Assembly: GCF_036971445.1 (NCBI RefSeq)
Contig: NC_091479.1
Coordinates: forward strand, 79,856,001 to 79,920,000
From: Narcine bancroftii
Lineage: Eukaryota
Reading direction: 5' to 3'
DNA length: 64,000 nucleotides
Of the stretch, positions 49,759 to 63,077 are shown piece by piece; the first letter of the stretch is position 1, and each line of letters opens with the position of its first letter. The notes below the pieces were generated by a model, which was not told where the DNA came from, did no database searches, and saw nothing but the letters and a program-made list of their open reading frames with translations. Both the position numbers and the translations under genes were made by a program.

Positions 49759-52240
49759 AGTAAAAACACAAAAATGCTGAAGGAACTCGCAGTGTCCATG
49801 GGATGTAAAGATATATTACATAACTAATATTTAAGGCCTGAGCCCTTCGAGGAATGCACAAAAAGCAGGCAAGTAATTGAATAAAAAGGCTGGGGGAGTA
49901 GGGAAGAAAAGGCAGGGGAGGGGCACAGTCCAACAGGCAAAAGGCCATAATTGAACAGGTAAAAACCCAGAAGTTCTAGAGGAACTCAGCTGGTCTCGTA
50001 GCATCCAGAGGAAGTAAAGATATATAATCAATGTTTTGAGATCCTATGGGCGCTGCGAGACCTTCTGAGTTCCTCCAGCATTTTTGTGTTTTTACTACAA
50101 TCACAACTTCTGCAGACTTTTGAATTTCACTTGATAATTGGACATGATTAGACAGGAAAGGAGGTAATTGATTGGGGTGGGGGGGTGGGGTTACTGAGCT
50201 GGAAGAAAGGAGACAGAGAGAGAGAGAGAGCTAGAGGAGACAGAGGGATAAGGGAATGGGAGAGAAAGGGAGGGCTCTCACAGAGGCCAGAGAAGTTGAT
50301 ATCAATGCCAGTTGGTTGGAGGGTGCCCAGAAGGAATTATGAGGTGTTGCCCCTCCAATTTGCGGGTGGTCTCAGTCTGGCAGAGCTTGAGACCATGGAC
50401 AGACATGTTGATATGGGAATGAGGCTGGGAGTTTAAATGGGTTGCCATTGGGAGATCCCCACTATTTCAGCAGAGGGAAGGAGCTCAAAGAATTGATCTC
50501 CCACTCTGTGTCCAGTCTCTCTGATGTACAGGAGACCACAGCAGGAGTACCAAATGGACGATGTAGAGTAGACCACAACAGGAGCACCAGATGGAGTAGA
50601 TGTCCCCTGCAGGTTCACAAATGAAGTGTTACTTCACTTGGAAGGACTGTTTTGGGTTCTGAATGGTGGTGAGGGTGGAGGTGTGGGTGCAAGTGTAGCA
50701 TTTCTTGTGGTTACAGAGGTAGAAGCCAGTGGGGTGGTTGGTGGGAAGGGGAGAGTTGACGAGTGAGTGGCAGGTGAGGACATGGAAGGCTTTGGCTTTT
50801 AAGCAGATTAGATGGAGAAAGAGGAATTGTGAGAAAGGAATGGAATCCTTAAGGTGTAGTCAAGGAAGCCGTGGGAGTTAACCCACACGACAGGAGGAGA
50901 AAGTACAAACTCCTTAAAGACAGTGCAGGATTTGAACCCTGCTCTGATCCCGATCGCTGGTGCTGTAAAGGTGTTGTGCCAACCACTACACCAACTGTGC
51001 TGCCCATTGAGGTAGGGGTGGTATTTGGCAGCCAAGTGGATCAAGTCAATGAGTTCATTATGGGTACATGAGGCAGAACCAATGTCATCATCAATGTAAT
51101 GGGGGAAAACAGTTGAGAAGCCTTGCATGTGTAAGCTTGTGGCATGAATTGCTCCACATAGCCAACAAAAAGGCAGGCATAGCTGGGCCACATGCAGGTA
51201 CCCATGGTTACCTCCTTTGGGTGAAAGGAGAAATGAGGGTGAGAACAAGTTCTGCTGGCCAGAGGAAGGTGGAGGGGGACTGGTTGGGTCTGTTGTCAAG
51301 GTAGAAATGAATGGCCTTGAGGCCTTCAGTATGGGGATGGAGGTGAATAGTGATTGATGTCCACAGTAATGATGAGGCAGTCAAGTTCAGGAATCTGGAA
51401 GTTGTTGAAGTGATGAAATTCATGTGAAGTATCATAGATATAGGTGGGGAGGGTTTGGACCGGGATAACAAAATGGAGTTGAAGTAAGCAGTACCATTTC
51501 GGGGTGTGGCAGGAGCACATGGAAATAATGGGTTCACCAGGACATTTTGACCTTGTGGAGCTTGGGAGGGAGGTAGAACCAGGCTCTGCAAGGCTGGGAA
51601 ACAATGAGGTTGAAAGCTGTGGAAGGGAGATGACCAGAAATGATGAGGTCAGAGATAGTGTGTAAGATGGTGGATTGGTGAATTTTGGTGGGGTCCTATT
51701 GAAAAGGTAAGTAAGAGGAGGTGTCTGAGAGTTGTCATCTGACTTCAGCCAAATAAAGTTCAATGTACCAGAACACAACCTTTGTCTGCAGGTTGATAGT
51801 GAGGTTGGGATTGGTGCAGAGAAAATGGAGGGCAGAGTGTTTCATGGGGGTGAAATTAGAATAAGCGAGGCGAGTAGTAAAGTCAAGACAGTTTATCTCG
51901 TGATGGCAGTTGGAAATACAAAGATACAGAGCAGGCAGAAGGCCGGAAAGAGGTGTCCAGGAGGAAGAAGAAGCTTTAAGGCGGGAGAAAGGGTTTATAG
52001 AGGTGGGAAGGGGAAAAAACCTGGAGGTAAAAGTAAGCATGGAGACGGAACAGACTGAAGAACAGTTTGACATCTTGGCATGTGCAGAACTCGTTGAGGT
52101 GTGGGCAAAGAGGGTCGAAGGTGAGGCCTCTACTGAACAAGAGCGGAGAAGGTCAGATGGGATGGTAAAGACCAGGTAGGGGTTGGACTAGGTGTCAGTG
52201 GGGATGAGGGTGTCGGGGGAAGAGGTTGGGATTGATCAGA
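49759..52240 (-). mobile_element. Degenerate Penelope-like retroelement (RT and GIY-YIG remnants) with a nested V-SINE at about 50870-51005
   Basis: YIDD-like, CSCCGLLYIRET-like (GIY-YIG) and GEPIISMCSC remnants; the terminal segment resembles 38780-38910. Confidence 0.75.
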
Positions 52241-53239
52241 GTGGACCAAGGGAGGAAGGGGATGGTGAGAGCTCAGCCCTGTGGGATGGTGGGGCCAGGG
52301 TGAGAGCACCTGTCTGAAGCTCGTTCCTGTAGGCTGCCGGGGCCAGGGTGAGCGTTCCTGAAGGAGGATCAGTCCTGTAGGCCATGTGTATTAGCCATGT
52401 CACATTGTATTCAAAGTAAGATCCTTTGAATAGCAAAAAGCCTAGGTTAGATTTTCAGTCTAATTTTAAATATGTGAAAGAATAATGAGATCTTCCAATT
52501 TTGAGTTAGAGAAGGGAAAGGTTATTTTGATATATGAATGAAGTAGGGAAGAGAAGAATGTGTCTTCCTACATTTGAAGGAAAGAATAAAGGCAAGTTTG
52601 AAACAGATGATGAAATAAAAATGGATAAGCTCCACAGTATTGACATTCCCAAAACATTACAGACCCACTTACATATAATGACCATTACATCACAGCAGTG
52701 TCTTTATTTTGTAAAACATAGAATTTCAGATGGTTAATTGCTCTAGGGATATGGACAGTTGTTGATACTAAGTTGTCTGTAATTCTGAGTCCCGTGACAG
52801 ATCAAACATGATTAAAATGCAGAATATGATCTGATATATAGTCTAATAAACAATCTCCCACATCATTATCTTGTGATCTTTTTCTACCAGACAGCATAGC
52901 ATTCCAGCAATCACGTTGCTTTCCACTTTATATCTTTATTAATGTTTCCATCAGTATTGTTCTCAATCCATTTTTCTCCCTTCCAAAGTATTTATCTGCA
53001 TATGCTTGTTTTCATGTTATAATATCACTGCATTTCTGATTGCACCTGATTTTCAAGCTCCCTGACCATATATCCAAATAACATTTCCCAACAATATTGA
53101 GTCTTTTCAGCCGATCCATTCTATGCTAGATCACACACCAAAGTCATCAATATCAATCCCAATTATTTCTTTGTGGCCTATCCATTCTTATATGCCATCA
53201 ACTCCATCCTGCTTCTCCTACCATGCAGCTGCACCAGGG

Positions 53240-53402
53240 ATAATTTCTTAAGTTACCAGCCAGCACATCTTTTAAATGTGGGAAGAAATCAGAGCAGCCA
53301 AGGAAAGCCCCACCAGCCACAGGGAGAACATGCAAATTAGCGACAGACAGCACTGATCTAGGGACGCTGAAACTGTGAAGTAGCAGCACCATTATGCTGC
53401 CC
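53240..53402 (-). mobile_element. Old V-SINE fragment
   Basis: tgtgggaagaaatcagagcagcc..acagggagaacatgcaaa, the V-domain in reverse. Confidence 0.65.
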
Positions 53403-55775
53403 AATCTCGGACTGAAATTTGATCACTGATTTCTGTTGTATTGAAGTTATTTCAATCATCACTATTCAAACATTTCGAAGTGTCTGCGTGAAAGGAGGCA
53501 GGACTCTGCAGAATCCATCCAGCTCTTTGATCTAAGAGGAATTACCCAATCCCAAAGGCAGAAGCCCAAAACAATCCTCAGTATGAACTGAGAAAGAGAA
53601 AAATTTCACTGTTTGCTTCTGCTCGGCAAAGCTTTTCTTTATAGCAGCTAGAAGGGGAGGACTCGAGTGGTTGCTTAAATTCCAAGAAGACAGTAGAAGA
53701 CTTTCCAGGTCCAATGAGAGCAAAGAGGTTTGTACTCCCTTTACCCTTCAAGACGCAGCAAACTGGAGGGACCGTGCCAAATTGTAAAAAATGTTGAAGC
53801 AATCTCACAGCCAAAGAGGTAAGCTAGACTCTACACTAATATTCACTTCCATTAAAAAACATCATAAATGTTGTGGTTTCTTCTTAAAGCTGCTTTCTTT
53901 TCTATGTACTGATTTGTTGCATAGCTATTTCAAAATGCTTTTCATCCTTCTAACATCTTTTTAAAATTTGGCTCCTGCATTTTTCATTTGTACTCCGTTT
54001 ACTCATTCTCTCCCCTAACTCTTTCTTTTCCGATTCTAACTCATGCACCTTCGAATCTTTTTTCTTTTAATTTTTCTCAGACCTTTTCTTTCATCAACCA
54101 CAATTTCCCAAGGATATTTGAGATTTTTATGTTTCCAAATCCATATCCATTTTAAAATAAAAAGTATAAAAAATGCAATATTGTACAAAATATGTAATAT
54201 TTAATTAATCTTCCTGAGTAATAAATAGAGAACAAGTCTTAAATTGGTTCCATTCTTGCCTTGTTATATTTTTAACTATGTATCTGTCTCTATGTATGCT
54301 GATCCAAAGTATATATTAGAATCAACTTTTTTCAGATACTACATATTTTTCATTAATGCATTATACTGAGTTATATCTCCCATTTTTTTCTTGTTATCAG
54401 AGATATTGATGACTACCCCATTCATTTTAACATGCTGACAGAGTAATTTCAGCCCCTTCTATCCCTGAATAAATCATTTTAATAAACATCACTGATTAAT
54501 TATTTAACTTATAATATTAACTTTCTGACATTTATATGTGTGTCATTGGTAAAAAAATATTCAAGTAAAATTAAGGCAAAAGTGTTTCAACAGAACAAAG
54601 TAAAATATTTTCAAATTTGACAGCAAGTCAATTGCTTTTGATCTTGCTTTGATCTCCAGTTCTGTATGATACGTTAATTTTACAACATATCCTGGCTAAG
54701 TGGTGAGGAGACAAAGCCATCAACTTTGGCATCACTTCCATTTTAACTCAGAGAAAATTTTGCCACACATGTCTTTCTTGAAGGACTTCCTATTTGGGTA
54801 AGGATAATAGAAATCATCAAATCATGAAGTGAACCATGGTGGCTTAAAACAGAATTAAAGCAGTTTTATTTACTTTACAGCATGAGAGTGGGGTAAATTG
54901 TATGGACTGCCAGAAAGCTGGCCTATCCTGGAGGTCTAGTAAATATTTTGAAAAATAGACTTTCACTGGAGGCTGGCGAACAAGAATGATTGTCTGGATA
55001 ATAAAAGGCCACATCCAGAGACCCAGGAATGATTGTCAGCATATATGCAACCCAAGGTGATTGTGTTTGCCACAATGTATTATGATTGAATTAATGAAGA
55101 GATTGTTTGTGAGGCTCATTCTTGTGCCCTTGCTCTCCCGACCTACAGGAAACTGAACTCTAAAAAATCCTGGGTCTTTTTTACTACTCTCTGTTCCCAT
55201 TTCTGTAGGATTGTGCAGGCAAGGAATGTACACTTATAGCTCAATTGGCAAATGTTAAGGAGGCTCCATTTTGTTTGGTTGAGGGTTGATTTCCTTGATC
55301 AACTGGTTTCTGTTGGGCAGGGTAAGGTTTAAGGTTCCCTCTCAGTGTTGAGTGGATAAACTAATAACTCAGAACATCTCTCCTTGAACTTAAATACATA
55401 GATCTTTGAAGGTAGGAAATGCTTTAGGTTATTGTTTGTATCATGTTCTAATTCTGTCAGTTTCCTTTGTATTCATAGCCATTCATCCTTGTTAAATTTG
55501 CCCTTTTCTATCATATCAATATGGACCATATATGTAAAAAAAGACAAAAGAGAGTTCTTCAGACAGAAATGTTAAAACATTGTTTATTATTTCTATTTTG
55601 GAACAGGGTATTCCAACAATTAGTGTTCCTTCTGTGACTCAACATTAATCCTTCTCTTTCCTGATGTTTGAGAGATATGAATGTGAACTTATGTATTTGA
55701 AAAATTGAAAATGAAGAATCTTTATTAGCAAGTACAACGGAGAGTAAACTACTGCGTTTGAACACTTGATTTAAA

Positions 55776-56336
55776 ATGGATATCGATCAGCAAGGAGCAA
55801 CAATGGAAAGAATCCCTTACCCAAGAACCATTGGGGTGTCCTTGACTCAGGTGAATGACTATATTGGGGTGCCTTTTTCAGAGGGTTTGCCATTAACCTT
55901 TCCTGTTGACACTACATACTGGGAAGGCACATTCCATGAAGCCTATACTGGCAGATTGTCTTACTTACCTTTACACCACCACTTGGGGATCTGTGATTAT
56001 TCTTTTGAGCCAGCTTTTATCAGGAAACGCAACGAAAGGGAGAGGCAGAGAGTGCGTTATGTCAATGAAGGTTATGCACGTCTCAGAGAACATCTCCCTG
56101 AGGATTTTGCAGACAAACGACTCAGCAAAGTGGAGACCTTAAGGGCTGCTATCAGCTACATCAAGCACCTTCAGGAGTTATTGAATCCATCAAAGGCTAA
56201 GGAAATAGGGCCCTTGTCTTCAAAGCCTGCAGAATTCCATCAGCTACCATGTCATATTCCCAGGAGAGAAAGCAATAGTGATGGACAGTCCAAATCCCTT
56301 TCTTCTTTCCATGAATTTGGTGAACTAAGCAACTAA
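55776..56336 (+). CDS. ASCL4: Achaete-scute family bHLH transcription factor 4 (single coding exon, 186 aa)
   Basis: EPAFIRKRNERERQRVRYVNEGYARLREHLP..ADKRLSKVETLRAAISYIKHLQELL is an ASCL3/4/5-type bHLH. Its divergent position next to PRDM4 matches ASCL4 synteny. AATAAA lies at 56821. Confidence 0.92.
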   Translation: MDIDQQGATMERIPYPRTIGVSLTQVNDYIGVPFSEGLPLTFPVDTTYWEGTFHEAYTGRLSYLPLHHHLGICDYSFEPAFIRKRNERERQRVRYVNEGYARLREHLPEDFADKRLSKVETLRAAISYIKHLQELLNPSKAKEIGPLSSKPAEFHQLPCHIPRRESNSDGQSKSLSSFHEFGELSN

Positions 56337-57297
56337 CTGTCATTTGAAGTAATATAACTGATCTACCCAAATGGATTTTATTACCTCAGCAACATTTGCC
56401 TACTGGCCTATTATTTGGAAGACTCTTTCCTGTGGGTATAAAAAAATTCAGTTGGCTTTCTGTAGAATTACACCATTGTCTTGTTCACTGTTAATGGTTT
56501 CTCATCAAGTCAGCGCTACTGAAGGATTGTAGATAAACAGATAGAAACAGGAAGACCACAATGCTGAAATGTTTTTTCATCTTTGAGAAATAGAAGAGCC
56601 ATTTAAACAAATCTGCTTGGACATTCTGATGTAGAGTATGTACAGTGACATTGTAACCTGAAGAATATATTATTTTTCCTCTTCGCTCAAAGAAAGCTGA
56701 AGAGGAGCTCTCAGCACACCCTTACTTAGTGACAGAGATTGGAGTATGATTCACAAAGTTAACACTAAATTGTCTTGCATGAAATCATTATCAGAAGAAA
56801 ATTATGTCTGTTTTGTAGTGAATAAATAAATCATATAAGAATCAAAGTGAACTTTGTTTTATTTGCATAAGAATAATTGCAGCTTCATTATTGCTGTGGA
56901 AAAAAAAAGTAACAAGAGGTGAGAAAATTGGGATCTGGATTAGTATTGGGACTGGAGGAAGGAATATCACTGAAAGCTGCCTTTGCTACTAACTTGTGGA
57001 CAAGAAGTGAACCTGACAATAGTTTCAGTTTCTGGACAGCTGCCTTAGGCCTGCAAAACCTGCATATAAACATCTCCTCTTATTCCAGGGCAGTCCTTCA
57101 AGATCAAGAATAACTTGCTTCCACTGATTTTGTGGATTACAAGGTAGCTAGTGTAGCTCATGTGGGAACCATAGACTCTTCTGCAGAGGAGTTAGGGGCA
57201 GATGATGGAGTGGTTAGTGGGTATTCTGTCAGCTTTCAGGCTTCTTACACCACTTGCAAAGGGTCCAAGTGCTGTCTCAATGCATTGCCTCGAAGTT

Positions 57298-57720
57298 CTC
57301 AAGACTATCAAGTCAAGTTTATTGCCATCTGATTGCACAAGTACAACCTGATGAAACAGCATTCTTTAGTCCTTGGTGCAAAACACGCAGATTCACATTA
57401 CACGCATGCAGACAACCAATGTATATGCAAGACAAGTATTCAAAAAAAAAATATATATATATATACACACACACAAATAAATAAGCATTGCTTTGTGAAT
57501 ATGAGATCCCAGATGGTTAATATGAGTGGTTCCTTTGGTCATTCAGCATTCTCACTGCCCGTGGGAAGGTTTTTCCCCAGCTTGGTGGTGCTGGCTATGA
57601 TTCTCCTGTATCTCTTTCTTGATGGATGCAGCTGTGCAGGGTGGAAGGGGTCCTCAATGGTTTTGCATACCCTCTTCAGATAACAATCCTGGTAGATAAT
57701 GTCGATGTGGGGATGGGAGG
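57298..57720 (-). mobile_element. Rex1-like LINE 3' fragment
   Basis: tcaagtcaagtttattg tail and body similarity to 18955-19250. Confidence 0.6.
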
Positions 57721-58583
57721 AAGTCCTTATTCACTTTGACCTATCGTGGACCAAAGGTTATAGTGCAGTAAAGTCATACAGCATGGAAACAAGCTTTATG
57801 GCCATCATGCCTACCCAAGAAATGGAAATCCATCTTTATAAATCTTATCAAGCCTTTTATGCCTAGGCTGTATAAATCCTTGGTGATTAGGCAGTTCATC
57901 CGAGTTGGTAACTACTCTCTAGCTGAATAAGATCCCTTTCAGATCCCCTCTAAATCCTTTAGCCAGTATCTGTAGTGATGTTGCATTTCATTAAGGAGGA
58001 TTCACTGAATCCATGATTTTTTTTCTCCCCCTCTGTCTATCTGACAGATCTTGGAATAGTGTGTCTATTTCAGGAGTTTGGTTTTGATGTGGTTGGTCTT
58101 CCCAATGTAGCCATGAGTGTAATGAAAGCTTCCGTCGTCTGGGAGAAGATGTTGGGATTGGTTTGCTGCTTCTTCCTGTGGGTTTGGTGGATTTTGGATA
58201 ATTCAGAGGATTAACCATACTGAAAAATGGATATGCAAACAGACATGAATACATAATGTATTCAAAAATAAAGCTAATTTCAAAACACTTTACCAAATCT
58301 AAGGAAAACAGATTAAAGGCCAGGATAGAGAAATTAGTTGAAGAGTCAGGGGAAACTGAACCATCCATTTTTTCCCAAAAAACTTCCATTTTCCCATTCT
58401 CTCTCCTTTCACTAACATGTACGTATTACTTTCTTCCCTTTCCATAGTTGTACTTTCCTATTACATTTTCCTTACTCCTCTTTCTCTGCCATCCAATTCT
58501 AACTTAATACTCCCATTCTCCTTTTACCACTCTACACCCTAACCTTTGTGGATTTCTCTCAATGGGACTTCCAACATTAATAA

Positions 58584-59176
58584 CACTGGACAACAACTTT
58601 TTAAAAAAGGTTTGCTTCCTGAAAACACAAATTGGGGACTATGGTAGACAACTTTAAGGTGAACACTAAGATAATTTCAGATTTGCTGTATCATGTAGGA
58701 AGTTGAAGAAATATTAAATGAACTTTTATTGAATTTAGCCTGTTTAATTATGATATTGTGTTAGTTCAACTGACCTAAAAATGTTTGCTGCTGATATCCG
58801 TTTTGCACTCAGCATCTGATGTCACTTGCGTCAGTGTCCTACAATAGTTGGCCAGCATTGATGGATTCCAGTTGCCATGATACCGCTTTTCTATGATCAT
58901 AATGTCCTGGTGAAACCTTTCACCATGTTCATCACTGACTGTACCCAGATCAGCAGGGAAGATCAAAAGCAGAAAATGAATTTTCAATAACGCTCTGCAC
59001 TTCATGGTTTTGAATGCTTGAAGTGGACTTAAAATGACAGGAAAACACAAAAATTGGTTATTTCTATAAAATGGTGCACAATAGAAAGATTTTAAGGCGA
59101 TTTTCGTGATGAGCAGCACAGAAAACATAAAATACATCCAAAAGTGTTCAGGAAGTAAAATCTTCATTGTCTACTG
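58584..59176 (-). mobile_element. Internally deleted Chapaev3-like DNA transposon
   Basis: Ends CACTGGACAA ... TTGTCTACTG, flanked by TAA on both sides. The transposase C-terminal remnant reads KIHFL..FPADLGTVSDEHGERFHQDI..EKRY.G.W...ML.NYC. Confidence 0.75.
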
Positions 59177-61837
59177 TAATGAAGACAATGGCCATCAAAA
59201 ACTGAAAACAGGAGTTCTCATCCCTGTGGTCGTTCTCATTTTCAAACACAGAGGTCACCAACAGAAAATGTGAAGCAGGATTGGTGGAAGACTTCTCTCA
59301 CACCCTCCAAAACATTGATATCAGCTTAAAGCTCCAATATCAGGATGGTTTATTTGACATATCTGATCTCAAATGAACTGAATTCAAATGTGCCTGGGAT
59401 TTTTCTTGTTATTTTAATCATAACTTTCAATCCAGGATAACATTATTTTTAAAACACGCTAATTAATTTGATAGTTTCTATGATTTAAACATTTTTTTTA
59501 CCCAGTGGCATTTGAGGAAGTTTACTGTGTGTCTGGGTACTATTTGGAGATTAGCTAGTGATACTCCCCATTAGATCTTTCAGTTCATTTTACCATTTTA
59601 TCATTTCAATTTCTGGTTCTTTGATTAGGCTTATCCTAATACCTGAAAATACACATATAGATGATCAGTCATGCAGGATCTGTGCTCTCTGCGTTAACAT
59701 AGCCATTTAGCTAATGGGTGCACTCTGGGAGTTATCAGACTGTGTGCTGAAAGCCAAAGATATGATCTAGTGCTAGTCTATCTCTAATCTTATGCATCTA
59801 GCATAGGGGTGATTGCTTTGTTCACTGAACAGTTACAGCATCGGTGCAAATTTTTACTTGAAACCAGAAAGTCCACATGGTAAAAGTATTTGAGATAATT
59901 AGCCAATTAAAGTTTATCCCAATTACTTTAACGTAAATGTTATACAAAAGATGCAATGACGAATATTTGTTTCAGGAGTGTGCCCAACTGCTTCTCATTC
60001 TTTTGAAATTTTAGCTGCAGGTTTCAGTCAAAGTTGTGAAATCCACTTATAAAACAAAATTTAAATAAGGTCGGTGTGTGTTTGCCAGTGAGAGGAAAAA
60101 GTAGTACAGATATGAATGACTACAAGAAAATAGATACTCTTCAATGCAAATTAAGTTACATCAGAGACCAAAATTACTCTTCTTGAAAACCTGAATGTCT
60201 ATCAAAAGAAAATGTATTGATAAATTTGTTAAAATGAAGCACAAGCAAATAGTTCATGTTAAGCAATGTTGAATGCATAAAATTACATTTTTCTAGAAAT
60301 TCAATTGAATAATGCTTTTCTTTCTCTGTCATACAACAGGAAATCCACTTTTTCTCTCCCAGAATGAAACTTGATAACCTTTTTGAAATGATTCCATGGT
60401 GCTCCAGATATTAGTTATTTCCTCTTGGAACACTGTAAGGAGCTTTGATCCACATTGACCTCAGACTGTCTGACACTGAATACTTCCACAAACTCACAGC
60501 ACTGAAATATTCACATTAAATCTCTTACTTACCTGATACTTACCTGACATCCTTTAGCATTCCTCCCTCCATCCCATCAACCAATCGCAAAGCCTTGATA
60601 CCTCTTGATCTCCTTAACTCACCAGTCATCAATAACAACTTGCTCCAACCCTGCTAACACTACCACTTGTCTCTTTACCCATATTCCATAGAGCATCCCA
60701 ACAAGTCTTTATTCTCTGTCAACCTCTGACCATTATGACAGGCTCTTGATGTCTCTCACTGCAGTTTTCACTCACCCTTGCCTCAAATTTCCAATGTTTC
60801 TCCCCATTGACCATCCAGTAAGCCAAGCCAAAGAAGAAGAGATATATATACCTTTCTTGAGACACAAGAGGATAGCCATCAAGTTAAAATGAATTTTGAG
60901 AGACTAATTCCTTTCATGACTGCTCCCAGAGCCAGGCCATCGGTTCCAGCCAATTCAATACTAACATTATTGCAGCATATACACAAATGGCTGTTAAAAT
61001 GAGTAAAAAATTTATGAAGTTATATACACAATAATACTTAAAGCTCATGTACTACAATTCCTAAGATTTGGTTTGGATTATTTTGGAGGAAATAATGTTA
61101 AACAATTCAAAGTAAAACTTGGTCAATTTGTGATATGATAGAAACGTAATGTCACAATATTGAATGATAACATTTTAAATTTATTTGACATCAACCTTTC
61201 TCAAACAGATTATCTGGTTATTAATTCTCCTGTGAGCAAATTGGCTATAATGTTTCCCATGATGCAACAAAAATTAGACTACAAAAGTTTTTAAATCGGC
61301 TGTGAAATGCATCGAGATAAACTAACACTTTGAAACATTTTAATATATACATACATCTTTCTTTTAAATGTCTAAGCCTTCAAAATCAACATATTTGTGT
61401 CATCTAAATGTAATGAGTGTTTCCATGATTTTCTGTTTTGCTTTAATTTAGAATTAATTACCCCAAAAGTAAGATTTTTTAAAAAGTGCATTGAAACGTT
61501 TCTATGTCCTTAACTATTTCATTGTTTGGAGCTCTTTCCCTCTTTTACTTTGCTTTACATTTATTTCTATTTTCTGGAAATAAACATGTTCCTGTTGTCA
61601 CACTGTTCATCTCTGCACCCTCTGTCCTGTCTTTACATGCACATGGCCTGTGCTGGTGGTCCTGCACTGATGTACTTACTTGATAAGCTATCTGCATGGT
61701 TGACACACAGCCAGATTGAGCAGTAATCGTCCAAGGCTTTGTTCACTCTGGGACATAAACACACTTAACAGTTCCCTTGAAGAACTACTTCAGTGCGATC
61801 AGACAAAATAATCCTGTTGGGAGCATGTAGGTGCATG

Positions 61838-62102
61838 CTCTTTCTTTCTAGCCCTTTGTTTCTAGCTCTCCCTTTCTTTCTAGCCCTCTTGTTCTTCCCC
61901 TCTTTCTCACCTTTTCTTCTATATCTTCTCTTACTCATCCTTTCTTTCCCCCTTTCCCACCTTCTCTCACCCTCCTTTCAGTGCCCTCTTTCTCTCCCTT
62001 CTTTTCTCATTCACTCCCTCTCATCCACTTTCTTGTCCTCCCCTTTCTCGCCTGTTATCTCTCACCTCTCTTGCCCTCTCTTTCTCTCTTGAGCTCTCTT
62101 TC
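61838..62102. repeat. Long polypyrimidine/polypurine low-complexity tract
   Basis: About 265 nt made almost entirely of C/T on the + strand. Confidence 0.85.
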
Positions 62103-62604
62103 TATTCAGAATGATTTTGGATGCTTTCCTTCTGCTTTCAAGAGCATGCCTGGATCACCTAAATACGAGGCACGTTTAAGTTATCATTATAGATATACAC
62201 TGTCTTTACTTTTCAAATAGATAATTTTTCTCATCCAACACAACTTGACATTTCTTTCAAAAAGGAAAATAACTTTACTGATTATATTTGTACCAAGGGT
62301 GGCTCTCTGGGCCACAAGTGAAGTATAATGGTTGCATATCATCTATTTCCCCACCTCTACTTTTGTGTGAGAAGATAATAGAGTAATATACTAATAGTTC
62401 CAAACAATATCTGACATTCAACAGCTCTTCCTTGAACATTACTTGGGAAGACCAATGTACACTTGTAACCAAGCTTAAAGTTTAAAAGCTCATTATGCAA
62501 AGTACTCACCCTGTGTCAAGTTGGAAATAGCTGCAATAAATAAAAGTATCTTTCATGAAAAATTAGTTAAATAAATGTGCTTCTGGACTTCTATCATTTC
62601 TACT

Positions 62605-62745
62605 TTTTAGACATACAGAATGGTAACAGGCCCTTTTGGCCCACAAGCCCATGCAGCCCAATTATACCCAATTGACCTACAACTCAGGGTATTTTGAACA
62701 GAGTGAGGAAACCAAAGCTCCACGCTGACACAGTGAGAATGTATC
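62605..62745 (-). mobile_element. V-SINE 3' fragment
   Basis: agacatacagaatggtaacaggccc tail matching the other SINE copies. Confidence 0.7.
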
Positions 62746-63027
62746 TTCCTTTATAACCACCTGGAGGGACTTGAATGTCATTGTTTATGACTCATTCAAA
62801 CAAATAGTCCATACTAAAGTTGAGTTGAGTTTTTCCACAGTTTATTAAACCTCATGTCAGTAACCTCATTATTACAACTTTGTTATACGGTACTAGACCA
62901 TGATAAAACAATTAAACGATACATAAAACATTGCTTAAAATGGTCAATAAAACTTTTCAGACAAAGTCAAGTCCTTCCATCTTTGCAGAACAAAGCAAAA
63001 TCAAAACTGAACTGCCTCATCTTAAAC

Positions 63028-63031
<4 letters not shown>

Positions 63032-63070
<39 letters not shown>
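63032..63070. repeat. (AG)n microsatellite
   Basis: About 19 AG units. Confidence 0.95.

Positions 63071-63077
<7 letters not shown>

Noticed and set aside
61793-62092. Hydrophobic 99-aa ORF (Leu/Phe/Ser/Pro-rich)
   Set aside because: It is simply the translation of the polypyrimidine tract.
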